DNA of 34,816 nt from a virus (lineage: Duplodnaviria > Caudoviricetes), in IMG/VR virus record IMGVR_UViG_3300037478_000409, positions 1 through 34,816 of that record; one strand, 5' to 3'. The notes under the pieces are model-generated. The model saw nothing but the letters and a program-made list of their open reading frames with translations, searched no databases and was not told the origin of the DNA. Positions 34,571 through 34,816 of this stretch are shown here, piece by piece. Numbering within the stretch: the stretch's first letter is position 1; each line of letters opens with the position of its first letter. The translations under genes and the position numbers were made by a program.

Positions 34571-34591
34571 TGTAGCACGGAATGTAGCAAC
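34571..34591 (+). promoter_or_regulatory. Putative integrase arm-type sites, right arm
   Basis: TGTAGCACG-N3-TGTAGCAAC, same as 622-642. Confidence 0.7.
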
Positions 34592-34683
34592 GGCGGCCCG
34601 TCCGCGTAGGTCCGCCAACGTACGCGGAACTGGGTTGACCAGCGGAAACCTCCACCAGCGAACCGCCACGAACCCTGTGCCGG

Positions 34684-34731
34684 TGACTACGGATCAAGAG
34701 GTTGGGGGTTCGAATCCCTCCGGGCGCGCCA
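34684..34731 (+). repeat. attR core (duplicated tRNA-Arg 3' half)
   Basis: Exact 48-bp copy of 505-552. Confidence 0.95.
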
Positions 34732-34775
34732 GCCACGACCAGCGGAAACGTCACCAGTAGCCGATCATGAGCGGT

Positions 34776-34800
34776 GGTGACAGCTACCGGTGACAGCAAC
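34776..34800 (+). repeat. Tandem GGTGACAGC(T/A)AC, possible arm-type sites of an adjacent element
   Basis: Copies at 34776-34787 and 34789-34800, outside the prophage. Confidence 0.55.
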
Positions 34801-34816
34801 GGGTCACCCGTCCTCA

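Larger units (their letters stand above)
505..34731. mobile_element. Apparently complete temperate prophage (siphovirus-like) integrated in tRNA-Arg(ACG)
   Basis: 48-bp terminal direct repeats, integrase beside attL, and full packaging, head, tail and lysis modules. Confidence 0.96.

Noticed and set aside
34684-34731. Second tRNA-Arg gene
   Set aside because: Only the 3' 48 nt are present (no 5' acceptor strand or D-arm); it is attR
34323-34799. Repressor gene spanning attP (integration-dependent immunity)
   Set aside because: The ORF crossing attR is the antisense reading of the tRNA fragment with no HTH; the real HTH gene ends at 34555, before the core

Overview
The window holds one apparently complete temperate siphovirus-type prophage from a high-GC actinobacterium (host assignment is inference). 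It is integrated in the 3' half of a tRNA-Arg(ACG) gene (477-552) and bounded by a perfect 48-bp direct repeat (attL 505-552, attR 34684-34731; excised circle 34,179 bp). Gene order: tyrosine integrase, HTH regulator, excisionase, early/replication genes, HNH-terS-terL-portal-head genes, head-tail connectors interrupted by a glycosyltransferase/nucleotidyltransferase/FkbM-methyltransferase cassette, tail genes including an M14-peptidase/LamG/hub fusion, lysis genes, and a right-arm accessory region (XRE-beta-barrel regulator, zinc-finger gene, DUF2637-like and ArdC-N-like genes). The C-terminus of another tyrosine recombinase lies upstream of the tRNA, and different arm-type-like repeats lie beyond attR, suggesting an integration hotspot. 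The least explained signals are non-coding: a 28-bp repeat with a 61-bp period and type I-E CRISPR-like geometry whose spacers are palindromes (31092-31629), and dense arrays of unrelated palindromes/iteron-like blocks around the replication gene (5526-6615). Family names come from motif recognition by eye and need HMM confirmation.
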